NCBI GenBank assembly: GCA_963728685.1
Contig: CAVSLK010000009.1
Span: forward strand, 97,502 to 121,501
Origin: an uncultured Acidobacteriota bacterium
Lineage (GTDB): Bacteria; Acidobacteriota; Blastocatellia; Pyrinomonadales; Pyrinomonadaceae
Length of the DNA stretch: 24,000 bases
Direction: 5' to 3'
The translations under genes and the position numbers were made by a program. Below the pieces are notes generated by a model. The model was not told the origin of the DNA, searched no databases, and saw only the letters and a list, made by a program, of their open reading frames with translations. This document shows positions 15,213-22,512 of this stretch, piece by piece. Each line of letters begins with the position of its first letter. The stretch's first letter is position 1.

Positions 15213-15230
15213 TGCCTGTAGATACAGGCA
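15213..15230. promoter_or_regulatory. palindrome TGCCTGTA-GA-TACAGGCA, candidate operator upstream of XRE paralogue D
   Basis: 8-bp perfect arms, 41 nt upstream of the paralogue D start codon. TTGACA at 15184-15189 on the + strand suggests a divergent promoter region. Confidence 0.4.
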
Positions 15231-15438
15231 GTAATTCGGTCTTGAAATAGCACGCCGTATTCTTTTGAATATGGCCGCGCGAGTAGATCAAGATTTATTG
15301 CCCGTAGAGGTCAGTGGCATTCGATGCTCGTTTTCAAAGATGTGGGATGACGAAAGAAATTGTAGCATCCCTGTCAATTTTCACCGCCGAAGCGGTGAGT
15401 AGCAATAAATATAGCATTCTTACCGGACTCCCAAAACT

Positions 15439-15763
15439 ATGGAACAACGTGAAATTGCCTCGTTGGAAGTTGAAACCCGGCCGCTGCCCGGACAGGTCTT
15501 TTATATTTTAGATAAAAACGCTTCGGAGGTTACTCCTCCGATCGGAGCCGGCTACGCGAAAATTATCAACCTGTTAAGAAGCGAGGCGGTCAAAATTTTT
15601 ATCACCGACAGGCAAGGAAAAGCCAAAATAGAAGGCTTAAAAGCAGGAACCTATTATGTCTGCGGTGTAGGTGAACAAGAAGCGGAGTTTGGAATGTCCG
15701 GATAGACCTGAAGCCGGGCAAAAATAGTTTGAAATTGGATAACCAGAGTAACCATTCGGAATA
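15439..15763 (+). pseudogene. small beta-sandwich-like protein (carboxypeptidase-regulatory-like motif KAGTYYV), apparently frameshifted near its 3' end
   Basis: Frame A: MEQREIASLEVETRPLPGQVFYILD...ITDRQGKAKIEGLKAGTYYVCGVGEQEAEFGMSG*. The +1 frame continues VWNVRIDLKPGKNSLKLDNQSNHSE*, a plausible natural C-terminus. The switch lies about 15672-15690. The last codons run into the MITE-like element. No signal peptide or SD recognised. Confidence 0.35.
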
Positions 15764-15837
15764 GATGAAAGATAATAGCTGATAGCTGAGAGATTCCTGT
15801 CTAATATCTATAATCCATCAGTTTCATCTATTCCGAA
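15754..15837. mobile_element. MITE-like element, second copy (TIR TTCGGAATAGAT / ATCTATTCCGAA)
   Basis: 84 bp. Same terminal repeats and 42-nt conserved half as 7211-7293, but inverted relative to it. Confidence 0.7.
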
Positions 15838-15845
15838 AATGTTTC

Positions 15846-15920
15846 GGGAGCGAGGCTGTGCCTGCATGTGGGAGACTGAGCGCGAAAGACGCGTCAGGCA
15901 GGCAAGGTGCCCGCGCTCCC
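15846..15920. other. GC-rich 75-nt element predicted to fold into a three-stem rod (candidate structured RNA or REP)
   Basis: Nested complementary segments: GGGAGCG (15846-52)/CGCTCCC (15914-20); GCCTGC (15860-65)/GCAGGC (15898-903); CTGAGCGCG (15876-84)/CGCGTCAG (15890-97) with loop AAAGA. Embedded in AT-rich non-coding DNA. Confidence 0.35.
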
Positions 15921-16092
15921 CCCGGGCCTATACCGTAAAAGTAGAAATACCCAATTTACACCACTACCATTTTTTCCTTGCCATCGATTGCTCTAAGCGC
16001 TATGATTTCCCTATAGCCCGCTCGCATTTGAAATAATTATCTCTCCTGATAAGACTCTCCTTAAATATCTTAATGAAGGAAGGGACATCTTT

Positions 16093-16473
16093 ATGTATAA
16101 GAAATTGATCAGCGTACTCGTTCTGATGTTTTTGATGGCGATCGCGATTCCCGTGTTGGCGCAAAGGTACGATTCCTGCGAACGGCGCGGACGCGGCAAT
16201 GCGTACGGCCATCAAAAACAGCGCTATGACAGGGGCAGGAATGTCCGCTACTATCGCCAGGACTACGGGCGCAGAAACAGGCGCTCTAATTACAGTTACG
16301 GCGGAAATTACGGGGGCTACTATGCTCCGGCTTATTACCCGCAAACCTATTACGCGCCAAGCTACTACACGATCAGAAGGCGTCCGGTTCGCCGTATTTA
16401 CAACAATTACAGCTATCGCCCGCGTTATCGCCGGGCAAACCGTGGCCAGATAAGCTTTAGCATCGGCTTCTAG
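16093..16473 (+). CDS. small exported Arg/Tyr/Gly-rich low-complexity protein
   Basis: 126 aa. SD GGAAGGGA about 8 nt upstream. Signal peptide MYKKLISVLVLMFLMAIAIPVLAQ is similar to those of the next two genes. Mature part is dominated by R, Y, G and N (YGGNYGGYYAPAYYPQTYYAPSYY, RRRPVRR) and ends ISFSIGF. Confidence 0.7.
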   Translation: MYKKLISVLVLMFLMAIAIPVLAQRYDSCERRGRGNAYGHQKQRYDRGRNVRYYRQDYGRRNRRSNYSYGGNYGGYYAPAYYPQTYYAPSYYTIRRRPVRRIYNNYSYRPRYRRANRGQISFSIGF

Positions 16474-16749
16474 CGCGGCACGGTAAATGCCTATCATTCT
16501 AACGGGAGAACCGGGTCAGATCGTTAAAATTCAGCACGGTTCTTCCCGTTAAAAGTACCGGTCCAGGTATTATATGTGCTCTTAACTTACAGAGTTTATT
16601 GTATTTATGGCCGGTTTAAGCGACGATATTTCAATTGATTGGCAACGTGAGATAAAACGAGCTAATCTAAATAGTCTAATGAGTCATTTTGTATCAAATG
16701 ATTACACGGCTTAATAGCTGGAAAAAGAAAAAGGGGGAAATTTGAAACA

Positions 16750-17112
16750 GTGAAAAACAGATTAATAGCAATATTCGTAGTGATCGTGATGCTAATGTTG
16801 ACAGTGCCGGTCTTAACGACTTCTGTCAGCGCCAGTACGCCGGGTATCGGCGCCGGCGCTCAAAAGTATTATTACTATCGGGACAGGCGCGGCCGTCTTC
16901 ATAGAACGACGAAAAAGCCGAGCTGGTACCGCAGGCACCGCAATGCTTCTAACGTAGGGATCGCAACCGGTGCGGGCGCTGTGATCGGCGCTCTGGCGGG
17001 CGGCGGAAAAGGCGCTTTGATCGGAGCGGGCGTTGGGGCCGGCAGCGGCGCGCTTTATACCTACAAGCTCAAAAAGAAAAAGAGACACTACGTCAAGAGA
17101 CGGAGATACTAA
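16750..17112 (+). CDS. small exported basic protein with OsmB/YMGG-like glycine zipper
   Basis: 120 aa. GTG start with SD AAGGGGGAAA upstream. Signal peptide MKNRLIAIFVVIVMLMLTVPVLTTSVSAS. Basic Y/R segment, then glycine zipper GIATGAGAVIGALAGGGKGALIGAGVGAGSGALY, then tail KLKKKKRHYVKRRRY. A strong terminator follows. Confidence 0.8.
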   Translation: MKNRLIAIFVVIVMLMLTVPVLTTSVSASTPGIGAGAQKYYYYRDRRGRLHRTTKKPSWYRRHRNASNVGIATGAGAVIGALAGGGKGALIGAGVGAGSGALYTYKLKKKKRHYVKRRRY

Positions 17113-17136
17113 GCTCTGCAAACAAATGAAAAAAAG

Positions 17137-17170
17137 GCCGTGTGGATGCAGATCCGACGCGGCTTTTTTT
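17137..17170 (+). terminator. rho-independent terminator
   Basis: 11-bp stem (GCCGTGTGGAT / ATCCgACGCGGC, one bulge), GCAG loop, followed by T7 (17164-17170). Confidence 0.8.
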
Positions 17171-17196
17171 CTTTGCCGCCGGTTTTAGCCGGCGAG

Positions 17197-17332
17197 TTTA
17201 AATTGCCACTAGCTTTAGCTAGTGGGACGTGAAATTTAATTCAAGACCCGGGCTTTAGCCCAATTCGGCTGAAGCCGATCAAAAATCATTTTTACTTTGC
17301 TGACCACTAGCTAAAGCTAGTGGCAATTTAAA
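17197..17332. repeat. 136-bp MITE-like element with 29-bp perfect terminal inverted repeats, each arm itself containing a palindrome
   Basis: TTTAAATTGCCACTAGCTTTAGCTAGTGG (17197-17225) is the exact reverse complement of 17304-17332. Each arm holds CCACTAGC-TTTA-GCTAGTGG. The interior carries the further mini-hairpins GGGCTTTAGCCC and TCGGCTGAAGCCGA, and GCCGGTTTTAGCCGGC lies just upstream. Confidence 0.8.
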
Positions 17333-17532
17333 TCTAAGAATGGGGAATTAAATCGATTCTGTACACGAAATAGTGTACCCACTAACTATATGGTATATAA
17401 AGAGTTAGAGGTTTTTATGGCAACGCCTGCTAATACCTGCTCATCTTATTGCATGTAACGAATTATTCGTTACGATTAGTTTTTTCTCCTCACCGGTTTA
17501 TGGCCGGTTACTATGAAAGGAAGACTAAAGCA

Positions 17533-17865
17533 ATGAAAAAGAGACTAATAGCAACATTTATAATGATCGCAATGATGGCCGTGATGGTTCCTTTAATGTC
17601 CGTTTCGGCGAGCGCGCAAACCAAACGAAGTTATCGCAGCAATCGCGCTTATACGCAGCCGGTTTATAAAAAGCCGAATATCTATCAGAGACACCGTAAT
17701 GTTTTTAACGTGGGTATCGGCGCCGGAGCAGGCGCGCTGATCGGCGCATTAGCCGGCGGCAAAAAAGGCGCGTTGCTGGGCGCTCTGATAGGCGGCGGCA
17801 GCGGTGCCGTTTACACCTACGGCATCAAGCCGAAGAAAAAGGTTTACTACAATCGCAGGTACTAA
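17533..17865 (+). CDS. small exported basic protein with OsmB/YMGG-like glycine zipper (paralogue of 16750-17112)
   Basis: The ORF track starts at 17449, but ATG 17533 has SD GAAAGGAAG upstream and opens the signal peptide MKKRLIATFIMIAMMAVMVPLMSVSASAQ. Mature part: basic Y/R segment, GIGAGAGALIGALAGGKKGALLGALIGGGSGAVY, tail KPKKKVYYNRRY. Confidence 0.8.
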   Translation: MKKRLIATFIMIAMMAVMVPLMSVSASAQTKRSYRSNRAYTQPVYKKPNIYQRHRNVFNVGIGAGAGALIGALAGGKKGALLGALIGGGSGAVYTYGIKPKKKVYYNRRY

Positions 17866-17901
17866 TTCTTCGTAATTAGTATGTATGCTAAAAAAGTCAG
17901 T

Positions 17902-17938
17902 GCCGCGGCGGGTTGAAAAACACTCGTCGCGGCTTTTT
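17902..17938 (+). terminator. rho-independent terminator
   Basis: GCCGCGGCG ... CGTCGCGGC stem (9 bp including one G-U) followed by TTTTT. Confidence 0.7.
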
Positions 17939-18040
17939 AATTCCATGGTGTTGCATCTACTTTTTTCCCAAACAACGCGTTGAATTGTAAGTGGCTTTGC
18001 CTCATAAAATAGCCGAAGCCGGAGCGGAGTGTTCGGATGC

Positions 18041-18146
18041 TTTGTTCGTGTCGTTTCGTGAGGTTTCGTGGTTTCTGGCTTGCGGCCTTTAAAAATAAGA
18101 CCTTTAAGAAGGAACCACGAAATCACACCAAAACACACGAACAAAC
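18041..18146. repeat. inverted pair of about 35-nt CACGAA/TTCGTG-rich units (family also at 21751-21827)
   Basis: TTTGTTCGTGTCGTTTCGTGAGGTTTCGTGGTTTC ... GAACCACGAAATCACACCAAAACACACGAACAAA, arms imperfectly complementary, 36-nt spacer. Confidence 0.7.
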
Positions 18147-18180
18147 CTAAGATCAGCATGCCGATACCGATGACCTTTCT

Positions 18181-19587
18181 TCAATTTCCGCAGTTCAATT
18201 TTATCTTTAATTTTTGAAAGTCCTTATCGTTTTGCAGGATTTTCAGGGTATCGTCTTTGGCCAAAACACCGCAGTCCTTAAAACCGTTTTCCGCCGTCCG
18301 GCCGAGCGCTTCTATAGCTTCTGCCCTTCGCCCGTCCAGAGTGAGTACTCGCGCCAGCTCGAGCAAAACGTCGACTCTTTTCGGATAGAGCATCGCAGCC
18401 ATTTCCAGATTTGCCGCGGCCGTCCTGTAATTTTTTTGCGGCAGATAAACGTACATCGCCGATTCGTAGGTCTGGACGAAAATTCCGAACGAGGTGCGGC
18501 GGGCAAACCTTCTTTCACCGGAATCTTCCCCGGCGTCGGCCTTCTCTCTTAGCCGCTGGATCTCGCCCTGTAATGTTTCAGTAGCGTCCCTGTTTTTAGT
18601 TTTGTCCAGAAGCGCTTCCCCCATGAGGACGATCCTCGTTGTGGTTTCATTTTGTTTGGCAAATAAATCCTTCTCTTCCTTCAAAGCGTTTTTATATTCT
18701 TTTTGCGCGGCAAGACGGGAAAGTTTTTCGGCCGTTCCCCTGACATCGATCAAGCCCGAAAGATCATTGACCAGCGATCCGTAAACGCGCGCCGCTTCGA
18801 ATACCTTACCGCTGCGAAAAAACATTTCCGCTCTTTTTTCGCCGCGGGAAAAAACGTCCTGCACTAAGGGCTTATCTATCGGGGCCTTCCCCTGTTTCAT
18901 TGCCTGCAGGTTCAGCCACTCGAAAGCCTCAAACGTCAGCTCTTTCGTCAGCCACCGGTGCCCGCCCTCAAAAATTTCTATGTGATGCGGCGTGGAAACT
19001 GCGGCCAACGTTTTTTCCAGCTGCATCATTTCCGGGTAATTAAAATCATCGGTGCCGACAGTGCCGAAAAAAACGTAAGGCAAAGGCCCTTTGGGTTCCA
19101 GCCCGGCCTGAAAACCGGCGCCGCTCGAGATCACGCCGGCAATACACCGGCAGGTGAAGGCAAAATTATTCGCCACCCTCGCACCGCCGGAATGCCCCGC
19201 CGCATAAGTTTTTTTCTCGTCGATGCTCAGCCGCGCGTGGGTGTCTTTCCAAAAAGCGGCGATGATCTCGGATTGCTTTTGGGTGCCCAAACCGTTCTGT
19301 GCGTTATTTGAACTGACGATTATAACGCCAAATTTTTCCGCGGCTTCGTGAAAGAGCGTGACCGCCCTTTTGCCCGCTCCGGATGGATCGAAGGCATATA
19401 ATGCGGGCCATTTTTTGTCAGGCGTGTAACCCGACGGCAGGTAGAGCGCGTAACTCTGCTGCTCGTTTTCCAGGCACGCGACTTTATCGATAACCACTCC
19501 GCGCGGGAGATCGGCCGGTTTTGATAGGACGGTCGCGCACAACAGGATCGCCGTCAAAAGAAAAAGCTTTTTTAGATCGTTACTCAA
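18181..19587 (-). CDS. exported alpha/beta-hydrolase (esterase/depolymerase-like) with C-terminal TPR-like helical repeat region
   Basis: 468 aa. TTG start, signal-like N-terminus LKKLFLLTAILLCATVLS. Nucleophile elbow GHSGG (GxSxG). C-terminal about 200 aa is helical repeat-like (..AARVYGSLV.., ..AAANLEMAAMLYP.., ..LELARVLTLDGRRAEAIEAL..). Confidence 0.75.
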   Translation of the reverse strand: MSNDLKKLFLLTAILLCATVLSKPADLPRGVVIDKVACLENEQQSYALYLPSGYTPDKKWPALYAFDPSGAGKRAVTLFHEAAEKFGVIIVSSNNAQNGLGTQKQSEIIAAFWKDTHARLSIDEKKTYAAGHSGGARVANNFAFTCRCIAGVISSGAGFQAGLEPKGPLPYVFFGTVGTDDFNYPEMMQLEKTLAAVSTPHHIEIFEGGHRWLTKELTFEAFEWLNLQAMKQGKAPIDKPLVQDVFSRGEKRAEMFFRSGKVFEAARVYGSLVNDLSGLIDVRGTAEKLSRLAAQKEYKNALKEEKDLFAKQNETTTRIVLMGEALLDKTKNRDATETLQGEIQRLREKADAGEDSGERRFARRTSFGIFVQTYESAMYVYLPQKNYRTAAANLEMAAMLYPKRVDVLLELARVLTLDGRRAEAIEALGRTAENGFKDCGVLAKDDTLKILQNDKDFQKLKIKLNCGN

Positions 19588-19589
19588 TT

Positions 19590-19907
19590 TTATTTTTTAG
19601 CTCCGATCAGATAAAACACCGGCTCGTCACCGACCACGCGCGCCGAATGCCTGGTCCCCGCCAGCATAAGATCGCGGTCGCCGGCCTCGAGAATAAAAGT
19701 TCCCTCGTTTTCAACGTCGAGCTCCAGCCGCCCGCTGATCACGGAGTGAGACTGATCCTCACCGTGAGCATGAACCGCGTAACTCGTGCCGGGACGGTCG
19801 CTCCACTCGAAAACGTCATAGCCCTCGCTTTCCATTTTGATGCGCAACCGGGCCGCATCGGGTGCCCCGGCGCCACTCCATTTTTGGGTCGTGTATCGTC
19901 CGCTCAT
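19590..19907 (-). CDS. cupin domain protein
   Basis: 105 aa. Cupin motif-like YAVHAHGEDQSHSVISG ... and GTRHSARVVG. The start overlaps the upstream DinB gene by 4 nt (ATGA). Confidence 0.75.
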   Translation of the reverse strand: MSGRYTTQKWSGAGAPDAARLRIKMESEGYDVFEWSDRPGTSYAVHAHGEDQSHSVISGRLELDVENEGTFILEAGDRDLMLAGTRHSARVVGDEPVFYLIGAKK

Positions 19908-20443
19908 GGTGTCGCCGTTTCCCCTCCGCGCAGCAGCCGTTTTATCATCGCTATCTGACCCCGGTGGTGCGCCTCATGATCCACCAGCCGCTGCAGAATA
20001 GAACGCAGGTTCAACTCCGTTCTAATGCCTGCATACTCGCGAATATAAAGTTTGTCCAGATCGCTATCGCTGCGGTCTCTTAAAAGCTCACGGGTCATTT
20101 GCGAGATCTTGTCGATCGTTTCAATACAATACTGCGCCGTGTAACCGCGATCAAAATCGGCCTCCATGGTATCCAGCAGGTGCGCAAATTTCTTTTCTTC
20201 ATCTGTCGGCTCTTTGCCCGCCACCACCTGCTGCATCCAGTAAAATTCCGCTTCGCCGAGATGCAGCGTCAAAGCGCCGATGGAATGCATATTCGGCAAA
20301 AATCTTCGCGCGATCTCTTCTTTCGACAAATCTTCCACCAGCTTGCGCGTCTCGGCGCGCGCCCTCTCCCACGCGCTCAGATAAAAACCTATCTCCCGCG
20401 AAAAACCCGGCAGCGGCTCTAAAACTTCTTTTAAGGTTTCCAT
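19904..20443 (-). CDS. DinB-family (DinB_2/DUF664-like) metal-dependent protein
   Basis: 179 aa four-helix pattern with a His triad context: LTLHLGEAEFYW ... LVDHEAHHRGQI. Confidence 0.8.
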   Translation of the reverse strand: METLKEVLEPLPGFSREIGFYLSAWERARAETRKLVEDLSKEEIARRFLPNMHSIGALTLHLGEAEFYWMQQVVAGKEPTDEEKKFAHLLDTMEADFDRGYTAQYCIETIDKISQMTRELLRDRSDSDLDKLYIREYAGIRTELNLRSILQRLVDHEAHHRGQIAMIKRLLRGGETATP

Positions 20444-20454
20444 AATTTTTTATA

Positions 20455-21684
20455 CTAAACCGCCTGGCCCGCGGCAAAGCCCGAGGCCCATGCCCATTGA
20501 AAATTATAACCGCCGAGCCAGCCCGTCACATCGACAACTTCGCCGATAAAATAAAGCCCGGGCACGCGTTTCGCCTCCATCGTCTGCGAGGAAAGCTCAG
20601 CCGTCGAGACACCGCCGAGCGTGACCTCGGCTTTGTCATAGCCTTCGGTTTCCTCGAATCTGACCCGCCAGTTCTTCAAAGTCTCGGCTATCGTTTCTAT
20701 TTCTTTTTTGGTTAATTTATTGAGCGGTCTGTTGGAAAAATTTTGCCCGGTAAAAACCTGGGCAAAGCGGGCGGGGAGAAACTTGCTCAAAAAATTTCCG
20801 GTCGTTTGAATGCTCTCACCGGCTTTCTTCACGAATTCCGCCTCATCCAGTCCGGGCAGCAGATCTATCGAAACCTCCCTGTCTTTCTGCACGTAATTCG
20901 AAATTTGCAGGATCGCTGGTCCGGAAAGCCCGCGGTGCGTGAATAAAATATTTTCGCGAAACTCCTGCCTGGCGGTCGAAACGCGCGCGTCTATCGACAC
21001 CCCGGCCAGGCTCTTATAGCAATTGCCGCCGGCAAACACCAGTGGCACGAGCGCGGGGCGCGTTTCCGTTCTTTTTACGCCGAACTGTTTTGCCGCATCG
21101 TACCCAAAGCTGCTGGCGCCGATCTTCGGGAAAGAAAGCCCGCCGCTGGCGATCACCAGGCTGTCGCAGGAAAATTCTCCCAGGTTCGTTTCGAGCCCGA
21201 ATGCAGCGCCGCTTTTAGTAACGCCGGTATTCGTAACGCCACCGTCGCTTCTAACGGATGCGGCTGTCGTGGGGCGTCCCGCCTTCACTTTTTTAACTGA
21301 ACACGCGGTCAGAATTTTGACCTTCGCTTCCCCACATTCCCTCAGCAGCATCTCAACTATCAAACGCGAATTTCCGCGGCAGAAAAGCTGCCCGAGCTTT
21401 TTCTCGTAAAAGTCGATCTTGTGTTTTCTGACTAGCTTTATGAAATCATCCGGCGCAAAGCGCGCCAGCGCCGATTTGCAGAAATGCGGGTTTTGCGAAA
21501 CAAAATTTTCCGGCCCTGTATGAACGTTAGTGAAATTGCAGCGCCCGCCGCCGGAGATCACAATTTTGCGTCCGACCTGCGCGTTGTGTTCGATGACGAG
21601 CGTTTTGCGCCCGCGCTTTCCCGCCTCTATCGCGCAAAAAAGACCGGCCGCGCCGCCGCCGATTATGATCACATCGTATCTCAC
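20455..21684 (-). CDS. NAD(P)/FAD-dependent oxidoreductase, BaiN/RdsA (HI0933/YhiN) family
   Basis: 409 aa. N-terminal YDVIIIGGGAAGLFCA, then ISGGGRCNFTN. C-terminal GLYFIGEVVDVTGWLGGYNFQWAWASG is typical of the family. Confidence 0.9.
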   Translation of the reverse strand: MRYDVIIIGGGAAGLFCAIEAGKRGRKTLVIEHNAQVGRKIVISGGGRCNFTNVHTGPENFVSQNPHFCKSALARFAPDDFIKLVRKHKIDFYEKKLGQLFCRGNSRLIVEMLLRECGEAKVKILTACSVKKVKAGRPTTAASVRSDGGVTNTGVTKSGAAFGLETNLGEFSCDSLVIASGGLSFPKIGASSFGYDAAKQFGVKRTETRPALVPLVFAGGNCYKSLAGVSIDARVSTARQEFRENILFTHRGLSGPAILQISNYVQKDREVSIDLLPGLDEAEFVKKAGESIQTTGNFLSKFLPARFAQVFTGQNFSNRPLNKLTKKEIETIAETLKNWRVRFEETEGYDKAEVTLGGVSTAELSSQTMEAKRVPGLYFIGEVVDVTGWLGGYNFQWAWASGFAAGQAV

Positions 21685-21750
21685 GGTCTAATGATAGATG
21701 CGGCGAGTTTATATAACAATTTGGCGTATTGAAAATTTAAGATCAAAAGC

Positions 21751-21827
21751 GAACCACGAAAATACACGAAACAGCACTAAAAAAACATAAATTGTTTTCG
21801 TGTTGTTTGGTGTAATTTCGTGGTTTC
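21751..21827. repeat. second inverted pair of CACGAA/TTCGTG-rich units, arms in the opposite arrangement to 18041-18146
   Basis: GAACCACGAAAATACACGAAACAGCAC ... GTTTTCGTGTTGTTTGGTGTAATTTCGTGGTTTC. The GAACCACG ends point outward here and inward in the other copy. Confidence 0.7.
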
Positions 21828-21855
21828 TCCTCTTTTCGGTTTCGATAAAGGCGTG

Positions 21856-22299
21856 TTAATTAACCAGATCGGTAAAAAAGAAAAAGAAGAACGCCGCGGC
21901 GTGTTCGGCGGTAATATTTTTGGCGGACCCGATGCTGTTTCCGCTCGAATTTCTCACCGTCCCGCCGCTGTCAACTTTCCCGATCGAATTGCCGCTGGAA
22001 TTTCTGACGGTCCCGTCGCGGTCGACTTTTCCGATGGAATTGCCGCTGCCGTTGCGAATGGTGCCGTCGCTGTCGATCTTGCCGATACTGTTTCCGCTCG
22101 AGTTGCGCACAGACCCGTCCGGTTTAAAATAGCCGATGGTATTGCCGGACGAATTCCGCACCGAACCGTCCTCTTTCATATAACCGATGATATTACCGCT
22201 GCCGTTGCGAAACTCTCCCTCGTCGGCAAAAACGTTGGTCGCCAAAACACAATAGACCGCTACCGCAAAAACAGCAAAAATAAACGAATTTTTTCTCAT
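21856..22299 (-). CDS. exported protein built from six 17-aa tandem repeats (G[ST][VI]RN[SG]SGN[ST]IG....D) with C-terminal AAAFFFFFF tail
   Basis: 147 aa. Strong SD AGGAGA 5 nt upstream. Signal peptide MRKNSFIFAVFAVAVYCVLATNVFA. Repeats read directly from the translation; 51-nt DNA periodicity across about 21916-22221. Confidence 0.8.
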   Translation of the reverse strand: MRKNSFIFAVFAVAVYCVLATNVFADEGEFRNGSGNIIGYMKEDGSVRNSSGNTIGYFKPDGSVRNSSGNSIGKIDSDGTIRNGSGNSIGKVDRDGTVRNSSGNSIGKVDSGGTVRNSSGNSIGSAKNITAEHAAAFFFFFFTDLVN

Positions 22300-22389
22300 T
22301 TCATCTCCTGTGAGCGCGGGAGAGCGCGCTCTGAAATAGGTAAAGCAAGCCGCGGTTCTATGATGCCATATTTTTAAGATCGGTTGATA

Positions 22390-22421
22390 GAAAAATAGGC
22401 CGGCAAAATTACCCGGCCTAT
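22390..22421 (-). terminator. rho-independent terminator downstream of the acyl-CoA dehydrogenase locus
   Basis: Minus-strand sense: ATAGGCCGG-gtaattttg-CCGGCCTAT followed by TTTTT. Confidence 0.7.
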
Positions 22422-22512
22422 CTTAAATTGTTAATTATTAATTTTTCATTCTTAAGTATTTACCAAACGTTTCTGATAAATAATTAATAATTCACAATTA
22501 AGAATTAACAAT

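Noticed and set aside
15839-16036. 65-aa ORF across the GC-rich structured element
   Set aside because: No SD and an implausible Arg/Cys-rich composition. The region is better explained by nested base-pairing.
16000-16497. 165-aa minus-strand ORF overlapping the Arg/Tyr-rich gene
   Set aside because: The plus-strand ORF has an SD and a signal peptide homologous to those of the two neighbouring paralogues. The minus-strand product is the mirror low-complexity (Ala/Val/Ile-rich) translation without a start signal.
17749-18159. 136-aa minus-strand ORF
   Set aside because: It runs through a terminator, intergenic DNA and the CACGAA inverted-repeat element, and is antisense to the 3' end of the glycine-zipper gene. 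The repeat sequence generates the odd KPHETTRTKH peptide.
22423-22512. AT-rich segment with TTAATTATTAAT / ATTAATAATTAA inverted repeats
   Set aside because: Low-complexity AT-rich sequence produces such symmetry easily. There is no second copy or associated feature. It is probably just the spacer between the terminator and the gene end.
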